Made by a program: the position numbers and the translations under genes. Below are positions 47,226-57,245 of a stretch of DNA of 64,000 nucleotides, piece after piece (the first letter of the stretch is position 1; each line of letters begins with the position of its first letter). The stretch is taken from positions 1-64,000 of the forward strand of contig JAWSUI010000009.1 in assembly GCA_033551855.1 (NCBI GenBank), read 5' to 3'. Source of the DNA: Deferrisomatales bacterium (GTDB lineage Bacteria > Desulfobacterota > Deferrisomatia > Deferrisomatales > JACRMM01). The notes under the pieces are model-generated. The model saw only the letters and a program-made list of their open reading frames with translations, made no database searches and had not been told where the DNA came from.

Positions 47226-48869
47226 ATGGCCCAGCAAAGCTTTCTCCACGACCTCATCCTTCACGGCTCCTTCGACCGCGCGTTGCTCGATTCCTTCCGC
47301 GTCGAGGAGCCGAGCGACGAAGTGCGGGGACTTTCTGTGGCTTTCGAGGCTCTGGCCACGGAGCTTCCGCCCGAAGACCTCGAGAGGGCCGGCGCCGTGC
47401 CGCCGGAGGCCCTGGCCTCCCTGGGCGGTCGGGGGTTCTTCGGGATGACCGTCCCGCGAGACTACGGGGGGCTCGGGCTCCCCTTCTCCCAATACCTGAA
47501 GGTCGTCGAGCGCATGGCCGCCGTCGACCTCTCCTTGGCCATGGTGTCGCTGGCCCACCTCTCCATCGGCGTCCAGGGTATCGTGCTCTTCGGCACCCAC
47601 GAGCAGAAGAGGCGCTACCTCGCACCCGCCGCAGCGGGCGACCGGATCTTCGCTTACGCCCTGACCGAGCCCGAGGTCGGTTCCGACGCCAAGCACATCC
47701 GAACCACGGCCCGGCTCTCGGAGGACGGTTCCCACTACGTCCTGAACGGCCAGAAGACCTATATCACCAACGCCAACTATGCCGGGGGCTTCACGGTGTT
47801 CGCGCAACTCCACGGTCATCGGCCCGGACACATGGGAGCCTTCATCGTGGAACGGGCGTCGGAGGGGCTGACGGTCGGGCCGGACATGCCCAAGATGGGG
47901 CTGAAGGCGAGCTCCACCGCGTTTCTTCGCTTCGACGACGTGAACGTCCCGATCGAGAACCTGCTCGGCAAGCCGGGGGACGGGTTCCGGGTCGCGATGA
48001 CGGTGCTGAGCTACGGCCGACTGGCCGTGTGTGCCGCCGGCCTGGGCCTCGTGGAGCGTTCCGTCACCGACATGGTCCGACGCGCGAAGTCCCGAGTCCA
48101 GTTCGGGGTCCCCATCGCGAGCTTCGAGCTGATACAGGAAAAGATCGCGTCGGCGCAGATCAGCGCGTACGTGGGGGAGGCCATGGTCGAGCTCGCCGCT
48201 CGTCAACTCGAGGAACGCCCCACCGCGAACGTGGCGCTGGAGACCAGCCACTGCAAGCTCTTCTGCACCACTCGGGCCTGGACGGTGCTCTACGACGCCA
48301 TGCAGGTGGCCGGGGGGTCGGGGTACCTCTCCACGAACCCCTACGAACGGCGCATGCGGGACTACCGCGTGGCGACGATCTTCGAGGGGACCACCGAGAT
48401 CCACTCGATGTACCCTGCCCTCCTGCTCTTGCGATCCCTCGGTGACGGTCTTCCCCGGGGCGCTCCCGCCAGGGCGCTGGCCTTGGTCCGGGGGGCCTTT
48501 CGGAGGCCTGCCGGGCCGACGCCGTCCGGCGACGCCGGCGTCCGGCGGGCCCTGTCACTCGCCCGGCGGTGCGGACGGGTGCTCGTCCGGCTTCTCCACC
48601 TGGGGCTCCTCTTCTACGGGAAGGAAGTGGTCTCCCGAGAGTTCTTCCTGAGGCGGCTCACCTGGCTGAGCGCCCGGGAGTACGGTCTCCTGGCGGGCGC
48701 TGCGCGCCTGGAGGGAGAGCGGCGACAGGGTCAACCCGTGGACGGTTCCGGCGCCCTGCTGGCCGCGTTTGCCGAGGAGACCGCCCGGGAGCTGCCCGAC
48801 CTGAGGCGACTGCGCTCCACCAGGACGGAGCGCCTGATGACCGCCATCACCCGGCGACTCGCTTCGTGA
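47226..48869 (+). CDS. Acyl-CoA dehydrogenase (VLCAD/ACAD9-like, with C-terminal extension)
   Basis: YALTEPEVGSDA, LNGQKTYITN, KMGLKASST, GGSGY, IFEGTTEI. Confidence 0.92.
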   Translation: MAQQSFLHDLILHGSFDRALLDSFRVEEPSDEVRGLSVAFEALATELPPEDLERAGAVPPEALASLGGRGFFGMTVPRDYGGLGLPFSQYLKVVERMAAVDLSLAMVSLAHLSIGVQGIVLFGTHEQKRRYLAPAAAGDRIFAYALTEPEVGSDAKHIRTTARLSEDGSHYVLNGQKTYITNANYAGGFTVFAQLHGHRPGHMGAFIVERASEGLTVGPDMPKMGLKASSTAFLRFDDVNVPIENLLGKPGDGFRVAMTVLSYGRLAVCAAGLGLVERSVTDMVRRAKSRVQFGVPIASFELIQEKIASAQISAYVGEAMVELAARQLEERPTANVALETSHCKLFCTTRAWTVLYDAMQVAGGSGYLSTNPYERRMRDYRVATIFEGTTEIHSMYPALLLLRSLGDGLPRGAPARALALVRGAFRRPAGPTPSGDAGVRRALSLARRCGRVLVRLLHLGLLFYGKEVVSREFFLRRLTWLSAREYGLLAGAARLEGERRQGQPVDGSGALLAAFAEETARELPDLRRLRSTRTERLMTAITRRLAS

Positions 48870-49037
48870 GCACTCCTGCCGCCCGGAGGCCGGGCACACG
48901 CCAGCGCACACGGCCCGCCCCTGTGCGCGCTCCGGCACCCTGGCGGGCGGCCGCTCAAGCCGGGGGCGCCCTCTGCCGATGAACGGCCCGGCCTTCCGTG
49001 GCAGCTGCCGGCCCCCCTTCCGACCGGAGGACGACCC

Positions 49038-49823
49038 TTGCGACGCGCCGCGACGATCATCACCCTCTCCCTGCTCCTCACCGCTCCCGGCGCCGCCGCC
49101 GCGGCCGTGGAGCTCGGCCTCAAGGGCGCCTACTGGGTGCCCGAGTTCTCCGGGCAGTTCCGTCTCGACCGCAGCGGGACTCGGGGCACGGTCGTCGATG
49201 CGGAGGACGACGCGGGCATCGACGACGAGAACTTCTTTTTCGGCGAGGCATGGCTCCGGGCCGGACGGCACCGGCTCTCTCTCGCGGCCATGCGGGTGGA
49301 GTACTCGGGGGCGCGGGTGCTCTCTCGGGAGATCACCTTCGGAGCAAGGACGTTCGTGGCGGACGGGCGGGCAGAAAGCTCCCTGGAGTACAACGCGCTC
49401 GACCTGGCCTACCAGTACGACCTGATCCTCCTGAAGGGGGGTCTTGCCGGCCTCTCCTTGGGGCCGATCCTCCAGCTCACCTACCTGGACGGGGACCTTG
49501 CGATGAGCGGAGAAGGTAGCGTCAACGGGACGACCGGTCGCGCGGAGGCGTCGAAGGCCTTCCAGATTCCCCTCCCCCTGATCGGCGCGGGAGCGCGCCT
49601 CGGTCTCTTGACCGGATGGCTGGAGGCGCGGGCACGGGCTGTCGGGATCGCCTATCGGGGAGACGCTGTCTGGGATTTTCAGGCAGAGGCTGCTCTCACC
49701 CTTTTCCCGTTCCTGGAGATCGTCGGGGGCTACCGCCGCTTCGTCATCGACGTCGACCGGGATGGCGTCCTCCTCCACTACACCCAGTCCGGTCCGTACC
49801 TCGGCGCGGCCCTGGTCTTCTGA
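49038..49823 (+). CDS. Outer-membrane beta-barrel protein
   Basis: Signal peptide, alternating amphipathic strands, C-terminal GPYLGAALVF ending in Phe. Confidence 0.8.
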   Translation: MRRAATIITLSLLLTAPGAAAAAVELGLKGAYWVPEFSGQFRLDRSGTRGTVVDAEDDAGIDDENFFFGEAWLRAGRHRLSLAAMRVEYSGARVLSREITFGARTFVADGRAESSLEYNALDLAYQYDLILLKGGLAGLSLGPILQLTYLDGDLAMSGEGSVNGTTGRAEASKAFQIPLPLIGAGARLGLLTGWLEARARAVGIAYRGDAVWDFQAEAALTLFPFLEIVGGYRRFVIDVDRDGVLLHYTQSGPYLGAALVF

Positions 49824-49871
49824 ACCCGGGCCCCCCCGCCCCGGCAAGGATCCAACGGCCCACCGAGCCCC

Positions 49872-49907
49872 GTGTCCGCACATCCCTGTGTGTCCGCACA
49901 TCCCTGT
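49872..49907. repeat. Perfect 18-bp tandem duplication abutting a -35 box
   Basis: gtgtccgcacatccctgt x2. Confidence 0.9.
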
Positions 49908-49935
49908 TGACGAGGAGAGGACGATCGTTTACAAG
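49907..49935 (+). promoter_or_regulatory. Putative sigma70 promoter of the XRE-cupin/CoA-transferase operon
   Basis: TTGACG-17 nt-TACAAG. Confidence 0.55.
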
Positions 49936-49980
49936 GGTCGGAGGCCGGTCGCGCCGCATAACCACGGTTGGAGACCACCA

Positions 49981-50520
49981 ATGTTGGGCCAGAAGCTCAA
50001 GAGCGCTCGCCTCGCCCGAGGGTACAGCCTGGAAGAGCTCGCTCGGAGGACGGGTTTCTCCAAAAGCTTTTTGTCCCAGATCGAGAACGGCAAGAACTCC
50101 CCCTCGATTGCGAGCCTGAAGACGATCACCCAGGTCCTCGGGGTCAGTATCGGGGAACTGTTCGAGGTCGACCGGGGGGACCAGGTCTATTTTCTCCGCA
50201 AGAGGGACCGAATCCCCTTCGAAGTCGTGAAAGACAAGGTGATCTTCGAGTTCGGCGCTTCGAAGGTCCCGAACCGGAAGATGGAGGCGATCTTTTTCAC
50301 CCTCCTCCCGGGGGGAGAGAGCGAGGGAGACTACACCCATGACGGCGAGGAGTTTGGCACGGTGGTCGCGGGGACCCTCCACCTCGAGCTTGGGGGCCGT
50401 GAGTACGTCATGGAACCCGGTGATTCCATCTATTTCAGCTCCACGATTCCGCACCGCTGGAAGAACGCGGGCGACGAGCCCATGCGGGCCCTCTGGGTGA
50501 TCACCCCCCCGTCCTTCTGA
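49981..50520 (+). CDS. XRE-family HTH regulator with cupin domain
   Basis: SLEELARRTGFSKSFLSQIENGKNSPS; HDGEEF...GDSIYF...PHRW. Confidence 0.93.
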   Translation: MLGQKLKSARLARGYSLEELARRTGFSKSFLSQIENGKNSPSIASLKTITQVLGVSIGELFEVDRGDQVYFLRKRDRIPFEVVKDKVIFEFGASKVPNRKMEAIFFTLLPGGESEGDYTHDGEEFGTVVAGTLHLELGGREYVMEPGDSIYFSSTIPHRWKNAGDEPMRALWVITPPSF

Positions 50521-50574
50521 CCCTCGCAGCCGGAGCCCGTACGGGCCCCATCTCCTCCTCCCGCCTGGAGTCCC

Positions 50575-51027
50575 ATGGACATCTTCCAACGCAGCATCCA
50601 CTCCAACGTCAAGCGCCTGGACGATGACCGGCTCCAGGTGACGAGCTCCCTTCTCGACCTGGAACACTCGTTCCACCTGGAGCTGGTGGTCCGGGTTTCC
50701 ACGGCCGCCATCGAGTCGGCCAAGGGCGCCATGAGCAAGACTCCCCTCACCCGGTGCCTCCAGGGAGTCGAGGCCATTCCGGGCCTGGTGGGGCTCACCA
50801 TCGGCCGAGGGGTGGTCCGGGAGATCCAGCGCCGGATGGGCGGCCCCCGGGGCTGCGCCCACATGGTGGAGCTGATCCTGGACGCCGTGCGCCTCGTCTC
50901 CATGCTGCTCATCGGGGACACCGTGAACTACTGGGGAGAGCTCAAGGAAGAGTTGAGCGAGGAGGAGATCGTGGCGCGGGGCAGGGAGAAGCTCAAGAAC
51001 ACCTGCCTGGTCTTCGCGGAGGAATAG
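50575..51027 (+). CDS. DUF2889-like protein
   Basis: LLDLEH, P..RC, GLTIGRG, GGPRGCAHMVEL, KNTC. Confidence 0.75.
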   Translation: MDIFQRSIHSNVKRLDDDRLQVTSSLLDLEHSFHLELVVRVSTAAIESAKGAMSKTPLTRCLQGVEAIPGLVGLTIGRGVVREIQRRMGGPRGCAHMVELILDAVRLVSMLLIGDTVNYWGELKEELSEEEIVARGREKLKNTCLVFAEE

Positions 51028-51028
51028 G

Positions 51029-51949
51029 GTGGACACCAAGCGGGTAACGCTGGAGGAGGCGATCTCCCAGTTCGTGCAGGCCGGCGACGCCGTGGTGCTC
51101 GGGGCGGCCCTGGAGTCTCTCATTCCCTTCGCGGCGGGCTTCGAGCTGGTGCGGCAGGGTCTGCGCAACCTCACCCTCGTGGGGCCCATCTCCGACATGC
51201 TCTTCGACGTCCTCATCGGGGCCGGTTGTGCGCGCCGGGTGGAAGCGGCCTGGGTGGGCAACGTGATGATGGGCACGGGGTACAACTTCCGCCGCGCCGT
51301 GGAGTCGGGCGTGCCCCGGGCCCTGGAGGTGGTGGACCACACCAACTTCACTCTCCAGACGGGCCTCAAGGCGGCCGCCCAGGGGCTCTCCTTCCTGCCG
51401 ACCCGGACCGCGCTGGGAAGCTCGATCCTCGAGCGCAATCTCGACCTCACGACGATGCGCTGCCCTTTCACGAACGCCCCCTTGGTCGCGGTGAGGGCGA
51501 TCGAGCCCGACGTGGCGATTCTCCATGTGCAGAGGGCCGATGCGAAGGGCAACGCCCACGTCTGGGGCAATCTGGGCGTCACCCAAGAAGCCGCCTTCGC
51601 CGCGCGCAAGGTGATCGTGGTGGCCGAGGAGATCGTGCCCCCCTCGGTCATCGCCAGCGACCCCAACCGAACCCTCATCCCCGGCTTCCTGGTCTCTGCC
51701 GTCGCGGAAGCCCCGTGGGGAAGCCACCCCTCGCCCTGCCAGGGTTACGCCAACCGGGACCATCGCTTCTACGCGGAGTACCACGCGGCCAGCCGGACCC
51801 GGGAAGGCTTCCTCGAGTGGCTGGACCGCTACGTGTGGGGCCCGGGCAGCCACGGGGGGTATGTGGAGCTCCTGCAGGCCTCCGGGCGGCTCGAGGAACT
51901 GGCGGTCGCGAACCACGCATACTCGGTGCCGTCGGACTACGGGTACTGA
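51029..51949 (+). CDS. CoA-transferase subunit A (GctA/PcaI-like)
   Basis: PFAAGFELVRQG, PDVAILHVQRADAKGN, IVVAEEIV, PWGSHPS. Confidence 0.9.
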   Translation: MDTKRVTLEEAISQFVQAGDAVVLGAALESLIPFAAGFELVRQGLRNLTLVGPISDMLFDVLIGAGCARRVEAAWVGNVMMGTGYNFRRAVESGVPRALEVVDHTNFTLQTGLKAAAQGLSFLPTRTALGSSILERNLDLTTMRCPFTNAPLVAVRAIEPDVAILHVQRADAKGNAHVWGNLGVTQEAAFAARKVIVVAEEIVPPSVIASDPNRTLIPGFLVSAVAEAPWGSHPSPCQGYANRDHRFYAEYHAASRTREGFLEWLDRYVWGPGSHGGYVELLQASGRLEELAVANHAYSVPSDYGY

Positions 51950-51987
51950 CCCCCTGCCGGTCCGAGACGCGGACGGAGTCATAACGG

Positions 51988-52749
51988 ATGACGCGAGAGT
52001 TCACCCCCGGCGAGCTCATGATTGCCCGCGCCGCGCAGGAAATCCAGGACCGGGAATTGGTCTTCGTCGGCATGCGCCTTCCCCTGCTCGCCTTCCTCCT
52101 GGCTCGGTCCACCCACGCCCCGGGGGCCGTGGGCCTCTTCGAGAACGGCGTCCTGCGCGACACTCCCGCCTCGGCGCCCCTCATTACCATGAGCGATTCC
52201 CCCAACATTCGCGAAGCCCGGATGTGCATGGGGATGGAGACGGCCATGGGGCTCCTCCAGGCAGGCCGGGTCGACCTGGGGTTCATCGGAGGCGCCGAGG
52301 TCGACCGCTATGGGAATCTCAACACGACCGAGGTGGGGGACGGCGGCCGGACGGTGCGGCTCCCGGGAAGCGGCGGGGCCTGTGACATCGCGTGCCTGGC
52401 CTCCCGACTGGTGGTCGTGATGAAGCACGAGCGGCGCCGTTTCGTCGAGCGCGTGCGCTACTGCACGAGCCCCGGGTACGGAGAGGGGGGGCGATGGCGG
52501 GAGCACCAAGGCCTCGCCCGGGGAGGGCCGACGGCGGTGATCACCGACAAGGCGGTCTTTGGGTTTCACCCCCGGACCCGCGAAATGGTCCTCCTCTCCG
52601 TGCATCCCGGCACCTCCCCGGAGGAGGTCCGAGACCTCACCGGCTGGCCCCTGTTCCTGCCGGCCCAGGTGCCGGAGACCCCGACTCCCAAGGCCCTGGA
52701 TCTAGAGGTGATCCGGCGCTACGACCCCGAGGGGTTCTGGAGCCGGTGA
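51988..52749 (+). CDS. CoA-transferase subunit B (GctB/PcaJ-like)
   Basis: FENG (catalytic Glu region), GGAEVDRYGNLN, RLPGSGGA, HPG. Confidence 0.9.
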   Translation: MTREFTPGELMIARAAQEIQDRELVFVGMRLPLLAFLLARSTHAPGAVGLFENGVLRDTPASAPLITMSDSPNIREARMCMGMETAMGLLQAGRVDLGFIGGAEVDRYGNLNTTEVGDGGRTVRLPGSGGACDIACLASRLVVVMKHERRRFVERVRYCTSPGYGEGGRWREHQGLARGGPTAVITDKAVFGFHPRTREMVLLSVHPGTSPEEVRDLTGWPLFLPAQVPETPTPKALDLEVIRRYDPEGFWSR

Positions 52750-53036
52750 CCCCGTCGGTCCGCCGGGAGATCCTGGAGCGGCTTCGGAGGGGACCGGCGA
52801 CCCTGCGGGAGCTCTCCCGGGAGCTCGGGCTACGGGAGAGGGAGACGGCGGAACATCTCGGGCACGCGGCCCGGTCGCTTCGGCAAGGGGAAACGCTGGC
52901 AGAGGTGCCGGCCGAGTGCCGGGGGTGCGGCTTCCGGTTCCGGAAGCGGGAGCGGCTGACCACTCCGGGACGCTGCCCCCGCTGCCGGAGCGAGCGGATC
53001 CGGCCGGCGGTGTTTCGGGTGGAATCCGCCTCCTGA
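52746..53036 (+). CDS. Small HTH + Zn-ribbon protein (COG3357-like)
   Basis: TLRELSRELGL...HL.H; PAECRGCGF...PGRCPRCRSERI; GTGA overlap with the upstream stop. Confidence 0.8.
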   Translation: MTPSVRREILERLRRGPATLRELSRELGLRERETAEHLGHAARSLRQGETLAEVPAECRGCGFRFRKRERLTTPGRCPRCRSERIRPAVFRVESAS

Positions 53037-53116
53037 GGAACCTCCCACGCAGCCCCGCTGGACCTGCCTCGGGGGGCCGGGAGACGAGCCGCCTGCGAAC
53101 CTCGGAGAACCCGTCC

Positions 53117-54037
53117 ATGCTGACGCCCATGGAGCCCGCATATAGGGCGGCGCTCGCCGACGGGCGCCTGCACCGCGCCCTCCGGGAGGCCTGGAGCCGC
53201 CTGGCCTCTTGCGACCTCTGTCCCCGGCGCTGCGGCGTCGATCGGCTGCGGGGGGAGGAGGGTTTCTGCCGCACCGGCCGGCGCGCCCGTGTGGCGTCCG
53301 CGGGGCCGCACTTCGGGGAGGAAAGACCGCTCGTGGGGAGCGGAGGCTCGGGGACGATCTTCTTCTCCGGGTGCAACCTGCGGTGCCGGTTCTGCCAGAA
53401 CTGGGAGCTGAGCTGGGAAGGGGAAGGGGCGGAGATGCTTCCGCACCGCCTGGCCGACACCATGCTCGACCTGCAGGCCCGGGGTTGCCACAACGTGAAC
53501 CTCGTCACCCCCTCCCACGTGGTGCCCCAGCTCCTGGCCGCCGTTGTCCTGGCGACCCGGAAGGGCCTCTGCCTTCCGCTGGTCTACAACTCCAGCGGCT
53601 ACGACTCGGTGGACACCCTGGGCCTGCTCGACGGGGTGATCGACCTCTACATGCCGGACATGAAGTGGGTCGATCCCACCGCGGGAGAACGGCTGGCGGG
53701 GGTCCCCGACTACTGGGACGCAACCCGCGAGGCGGTGCGGGAGATGCACCGCCAGGTGGGGGACCTGGTCCTGGACCGGCGGGGCATCGCCCTGCGGGGG
53801 CTCCTCGTCCGGCACCTGGTCATGCCCGACGGCCTTGCCGGCACCGGGCGGGTCATGGAGTTCCTGGCGACGGAGGTCTCTCGCGACACCTACGTCAACG
53901 TCATGGCCCAGTATCGGCCGGTGGGCGAGGCCTGGGAGCTTCCCCCCCTCGATCGGCGCATCACCCGGGCCGAGCACGCCCACGCCCTGGCCGAGGCGCG
54001 GCGGGCCGGGCTGCGAAGAATCGACGGGGAACCCTGA
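53117..54037 (+). CDS. PflX-like radical SAM protein
   Basis: CDLCPRRC, HFGEE, GTIFFSGCNLRCRFCQN, YMPDMK, RHLVMP, NVMAQYRP; start 53117 or 53129. Confidence 0.9.
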   Translation: MLTPMEPAYRAALADGRLHRALREAWSRLASCDLCPRRCGVDRLRGEEGFCRTGRRARVASAGPHFGEERPLVGSGGSGTIFFSGCNLRCRFCQNWELSWEGEGAEMLPHRLADTMLDLQARGCHNVNLVTPSHVVPQLLAAVVLATRKGLCLPLVYNSSGYDSVDTLGLLDGVIDLYMPDMKWVDPTAGERLAGVPDYWDATREAVREMHRQVGDLVLDRRGIALRGLLVRHLVMPDGLAGTGRVMEFLATEVSRDTYVNVMAQYRPVGEAWELPPLDRRITRAEHAHALAEARRAGLRRIDGEP

Positions 54038-54041
54038 CGGT

Positions 54042-56942
54042 TCACCCCCCCAGCCGCTGTTCGACGGCCTGCTTGTAGAAGAGGTAGTGGCCGGTGGTGA
54101 CGAAGGCGCCGCAGTGCTCGCGGGCAAACCCGGCGTCCAGGAACACGCGGGTGACGAAGGGCTCGTCCCCCCCGCCCGAGAGGCGAGCCTCACGGATCCG
54201 GCGCCGGGTCTCGGCAACGGGGTCGCCCACCTCTCCGCTGCGGATCGATTGGTCGCCCCACGTGATCCGGTACCCCGCTTCCTCCCCCTCTCCCTTCCCC
54301 GTCCCGCGCTCGATCACCAGGCCCTCCGGCAGGAGACCCAGGGCCCGCACCCGGCTCAGATGTTCGCGGGTCGCCGTGCGCGCATGCCACTTCCCCTCCC
54401 GGAGCAAGGAGTGGATCCTCAAGACCTGCCTCAGGCTCTTGCCCCGGAGAGGGCTGCCGTGCTGGCCCCCCACGTCGGCAACCGTTCCCTCCAGGAAGAG
54501 CAGGAGCCTCGCGAGGCGATAGGGGAAGCGCTCGGCGGGGCCTGCGACCCGAGAGAGATGGCCCACCTCGTCCACGACGAGGATCGTCTCCCGGCCGCCT
54601 TCCTCCCAGAGGAAGACGTCGATGAGGCCCGCGCACGCCGCCGCGAAGGCGGCCTTCAAGGGGGCGAGCTCCGGGTCCGAGCTCTCCACGCGGGTCTCGA
54701 CCCGGGTGTGGGGCCCCACGCCGCAGAGGAAGCGCAACAAGCCCTCCCGGCTTGGGAACGTACGGCAGCGCAGCTCCCCCGGGCCGCTCCGATCCAGGAC
54801 GTAGGCCCCGGTCGCCGACATCCCGACCAGCCGCCGGCGCAGGCCTTCGGGAAACCGCCTCCCCCCGAGAAGGCCGGCCGCCGCAGCCAACTCCCGCTGG
54901 AGGCGGCGGGGACTACCCCGGAGGACTCCCACCTTGTGCAGCGGTGCGAAGACTTGGAGGCTCGTAGGGTCCGGGCTCCGCAGCAGGAAGGGCACCAACA
55001 CCTCCTCCGCGAGAGCTTGCAGCGCATCGGGGCCGTGCCATCGGCGGCAGAAGGTCTCCCCCCAGCTGTTCGAGAAGACGGCCCTCACTTCCTCCGAACC
55101 GCCTCCCTCCCCCCACAGGCTCGGGACGATCAGCAGCCTGTCCGGCACGGGATCCGCCGAGAGGGCCTCGTGAGACGGCTCCGAGACCCGTGTGCGTTCC
55201 ACAAGTTCCGTCAGCCGGCGGATCAGGGCCTCCAGATCCGCGGCGGGGACCCCCCCCGCCAACCCCCTGCAGAAGACGCGGGTGCGGGTCCCCACGAGCC
55301 GGTTCCGGGCGGCCCAGACCAAGAGCTCCAGCGGGTCGTCGGAACTCCGGAGGAGCTCCCGCTCGGCCCCACCCACGGTGGGGGACGCGACCCGACCGCG
55401 AAAGAGCCTCCACGGGACCTCCCCGTCGGGGAGCCGCTCCTGGTGCAGGGACACGCAGGGCTCCTCCACACCGCCTCCCACGAGGTGCAGGACCTCCACC
55501 TTGTCCTGTTCCCGACCGTAGACGGCTCGCAGCTTGCGCCCCAGGACGTCCAGGTCGCGCGGGGTGATCCGCGGGGTCTCCTCGCCCGTGCCGAGGGCCT
55601 CGCGGATCCGCTGATAGGTGCGGAGGAAGTACCGGTCCACCTCCCTCGCCAACCCCGCGACCCACTCGAGCCTCCACGTCTCGAAGGCGTTCAGGCAGCG
55701 CAGGCGCCGCTCGTCCCAACCCCAGGAGGCGACATACTCCCGCAGCACGGCTTCATCCGACCCTAGCGACAGGAGGGTGGGGGTAAAACGCAGGGAAGGA
55801 TCCAGGCGAACACCGGTCTTCAGGTAGAAGCACCGTGCCAGGAGGTCCTCTGCCGCGGCCTCCCCGTGAACGCGGTAGTGGGCCAGCACCTCGTCGAAGA
55901 GCAGGCGGTAGGGGTCGACCCGCTCGCCCGCGAGCACCCGCTCCTTGAGCCGCTCGCACAGGGGGCGGCCTTCGGGACCGGAGCGCGCCCCCCTTTCGAG
56001 AAGCCCGAGCTTGAGCGCCGACTTGAAAGGGGACTTCCAGCCCTTCACGATCTGCCACACCACCGCACCGAAGAGCTCCCCGGGGGGGACCCGCTCCACG
56101 CAGCCCAGATCGACGTACCCTCCCGCGTCGAAAGCCGAAGACTGCCGCAGCAGGTCGCAGTGGCGACGGTACTCTTCCGGGCCGACCCCGGGGGGCACCA
56201 GCCGCCAGAAGGGCGCCTTGCCCGCCAGGGGAACGCCCGTGCGGTAGAACTCCTCCTTCAACAGCGCCCCCATCGCCGAGCCGCAGCCCTCGGGCCCGGC
56301 CTCCCCGAAGTCGTTGCGGCAGACACTCTGCGTTGCCTGCAGGAAGAGGTGGACCTCCAGGCGGCAGTGGCGGTTCATCCAGGCTTCCACGGCGGCCACC
56401 TTGCGTCGAAAGAGCTCCAGGCCCCAGCCGGAGACGGCCGGCCCGTGGCACACCCAGACGTCCAGGTCGGACTCCCCGGAGAAACCGATGGTGCCCGCAC
56501 TTCCCATGACGGCCACCAGCTCCACCGCGGGCCGCAGGACCCCCGAGGGGCGAGGGTCGGCTCCGGGGAAGTGCCGGCGGGCGAGCCGGATCTCCTCCCG
56601 GTGCGGAGAATAGCCCGAGACCCCGACCGGGCACTGGGGGTCGTCCACGTAACCGGGCAGGCCGGGCCGATTCAGGTGGAGAAGCAGGGGCAGCAGGCGC
56701 AGGGCCTCCTCCGCCCTCGGACCGAGCTGGGCTTCGATGCGCCGGCGGCGGAAACGGTCATATGCCGCGAAGGCCGCCTCCGCGGCCCGGGCACCGGCCA
56801 CGGGAGCATCGGCCTGCAGGGACAGGAACCCCTTCGGGGGGAAGCTCTCCCGAGAAGGCGCCAGGCTGGATGCGTAGCTCACAAGACCCTCCGTTCGCCC
56901 CGAAACACCCCTTGCACCTACCATCGGCCGCGGGGCACCCAC
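54042..56942 (-). CDS. cyaA: Class I adenylate cyclase
   Basis: LLPLLLHLN.PGLPGYV, MGSAGTIG...SDLDVW, LLKEEFYRT, AGKAPFW, SPFKS, CFYLK; start uncertain. Confidence 0.85.
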   Translation of the reverse strand: MGAPRPMVGARGVSGRTEGLVSYASSLAPSRESFPPKGFLSLQADAPVAGARAAEAAFAAYDRFRRRRIEAQLGPRAEEALRLLPLLLHLNRPGLPGYVDDPQCPVGVSGYSPHREEIRLARRHFPGADPRPSGVLRPAVELVAVMGSAGTIGFSGESDLDVWVCHGPAVSGWGLELFRRKVAAVEAWMNRHCRLEVHLFLQATQSVCRNDFGEAGPEGCGSAMGALLKEEFYRTGVPLAGKAPFWRLVPPGVGPEEYRRHCDLLRQSSAFDAGGYVDLGCVERVPPGELFGAVVWQIVKGWKSPFKSALKLGLLERGARSGPEGRPLCERLKERVLAGERVDPYRLLFDEVLAHYRVHGEAAAEDLLARCFYLKTGVRLDPSLRFTPTLLSLGSDEAVLREYVASWGWDERRLRCLNAFETWRLEWVAGLAREVDRYFLRTYQRIREALGTGEETPRITPRDLDVLGRKLRAVYGREQDKVEVLHLVGGGVEEPCVSLHQERLPDGEVPWRLFRGRVASPTVGGAERELLRSSDDPLELLVWAARNRLVGTRTRVFCRGLAGGVPAADLEALIRRLTELVERTRVSEPSHEALSADPVPDRLLIVPSLWGEGGGSEEVRAVFSNSWGETFCRRWHGPDALQALAEEVLVPFLLRSPDPTSLQVFAPLHKVGVLRGSPRRLQRELAAAAGLLGGRRFPEGLRRRLVGMSATGAYVLDRSGPGELRCRTFPSREGLLRFLCGVGPHTRVETRVESSDPELAPLKAAFAAACAGLIDVFLWEEGGRETILVVDEVGHLSRVAGPAERFPYRLARLLLFLEGTVADVGGQHGSPLRGKSLRQVLRIHSLLREGKWHARTATREHLSRVRALGLLPEGLVIERGTGKGEGEEAGYRITWGDQSIRSGEVGDPVAETRRRIREARLSGGGDEPFVTRVFLDAGFAREHCGAFVTTGHYLFYKQAVEQRLGG

Positions 56943-57011
56943 AGATAAGGCCTACTGGCCGTTCCGCCCCCCTCCCGTGCGACCGGATCCGGCAGAACTG
57001 GGACCCGACTA

Positions 57012-57165
57012 TGGGCGCCTACAATTCACCACCACGTCGTGGGCGGAGTCGGGGATCCCCCATTTGCACCGGACTCGGCGGGTTGGTCGAGGCGGTGCGG
57101 GGCTGCGCTCCAAGGCTCCCCGGCCCCGTTCGGATATCTGGTGGTGGATTTGGGGCACGCGGACA
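57012..57165. repeat. Degenerate short member of palindromic repeat family B
   Basis: ttgcaccggactcggcgggttggtcgaggcggtgcggggctgcgctccaaggctcccc...tggtggtgga resembles the reverse complement of about 23380-23475; caccacca/tggtggtg ends. Confidence 0.6.
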
Positions 57166-57245
57166 TCTTGCCGGGAAGCGGGGCCGGGAGTAGCGTGGAC
57201 CGGAGCAGGGGGGAACCGGAGGCCTCGATCCCGAAGGGCACGAAG

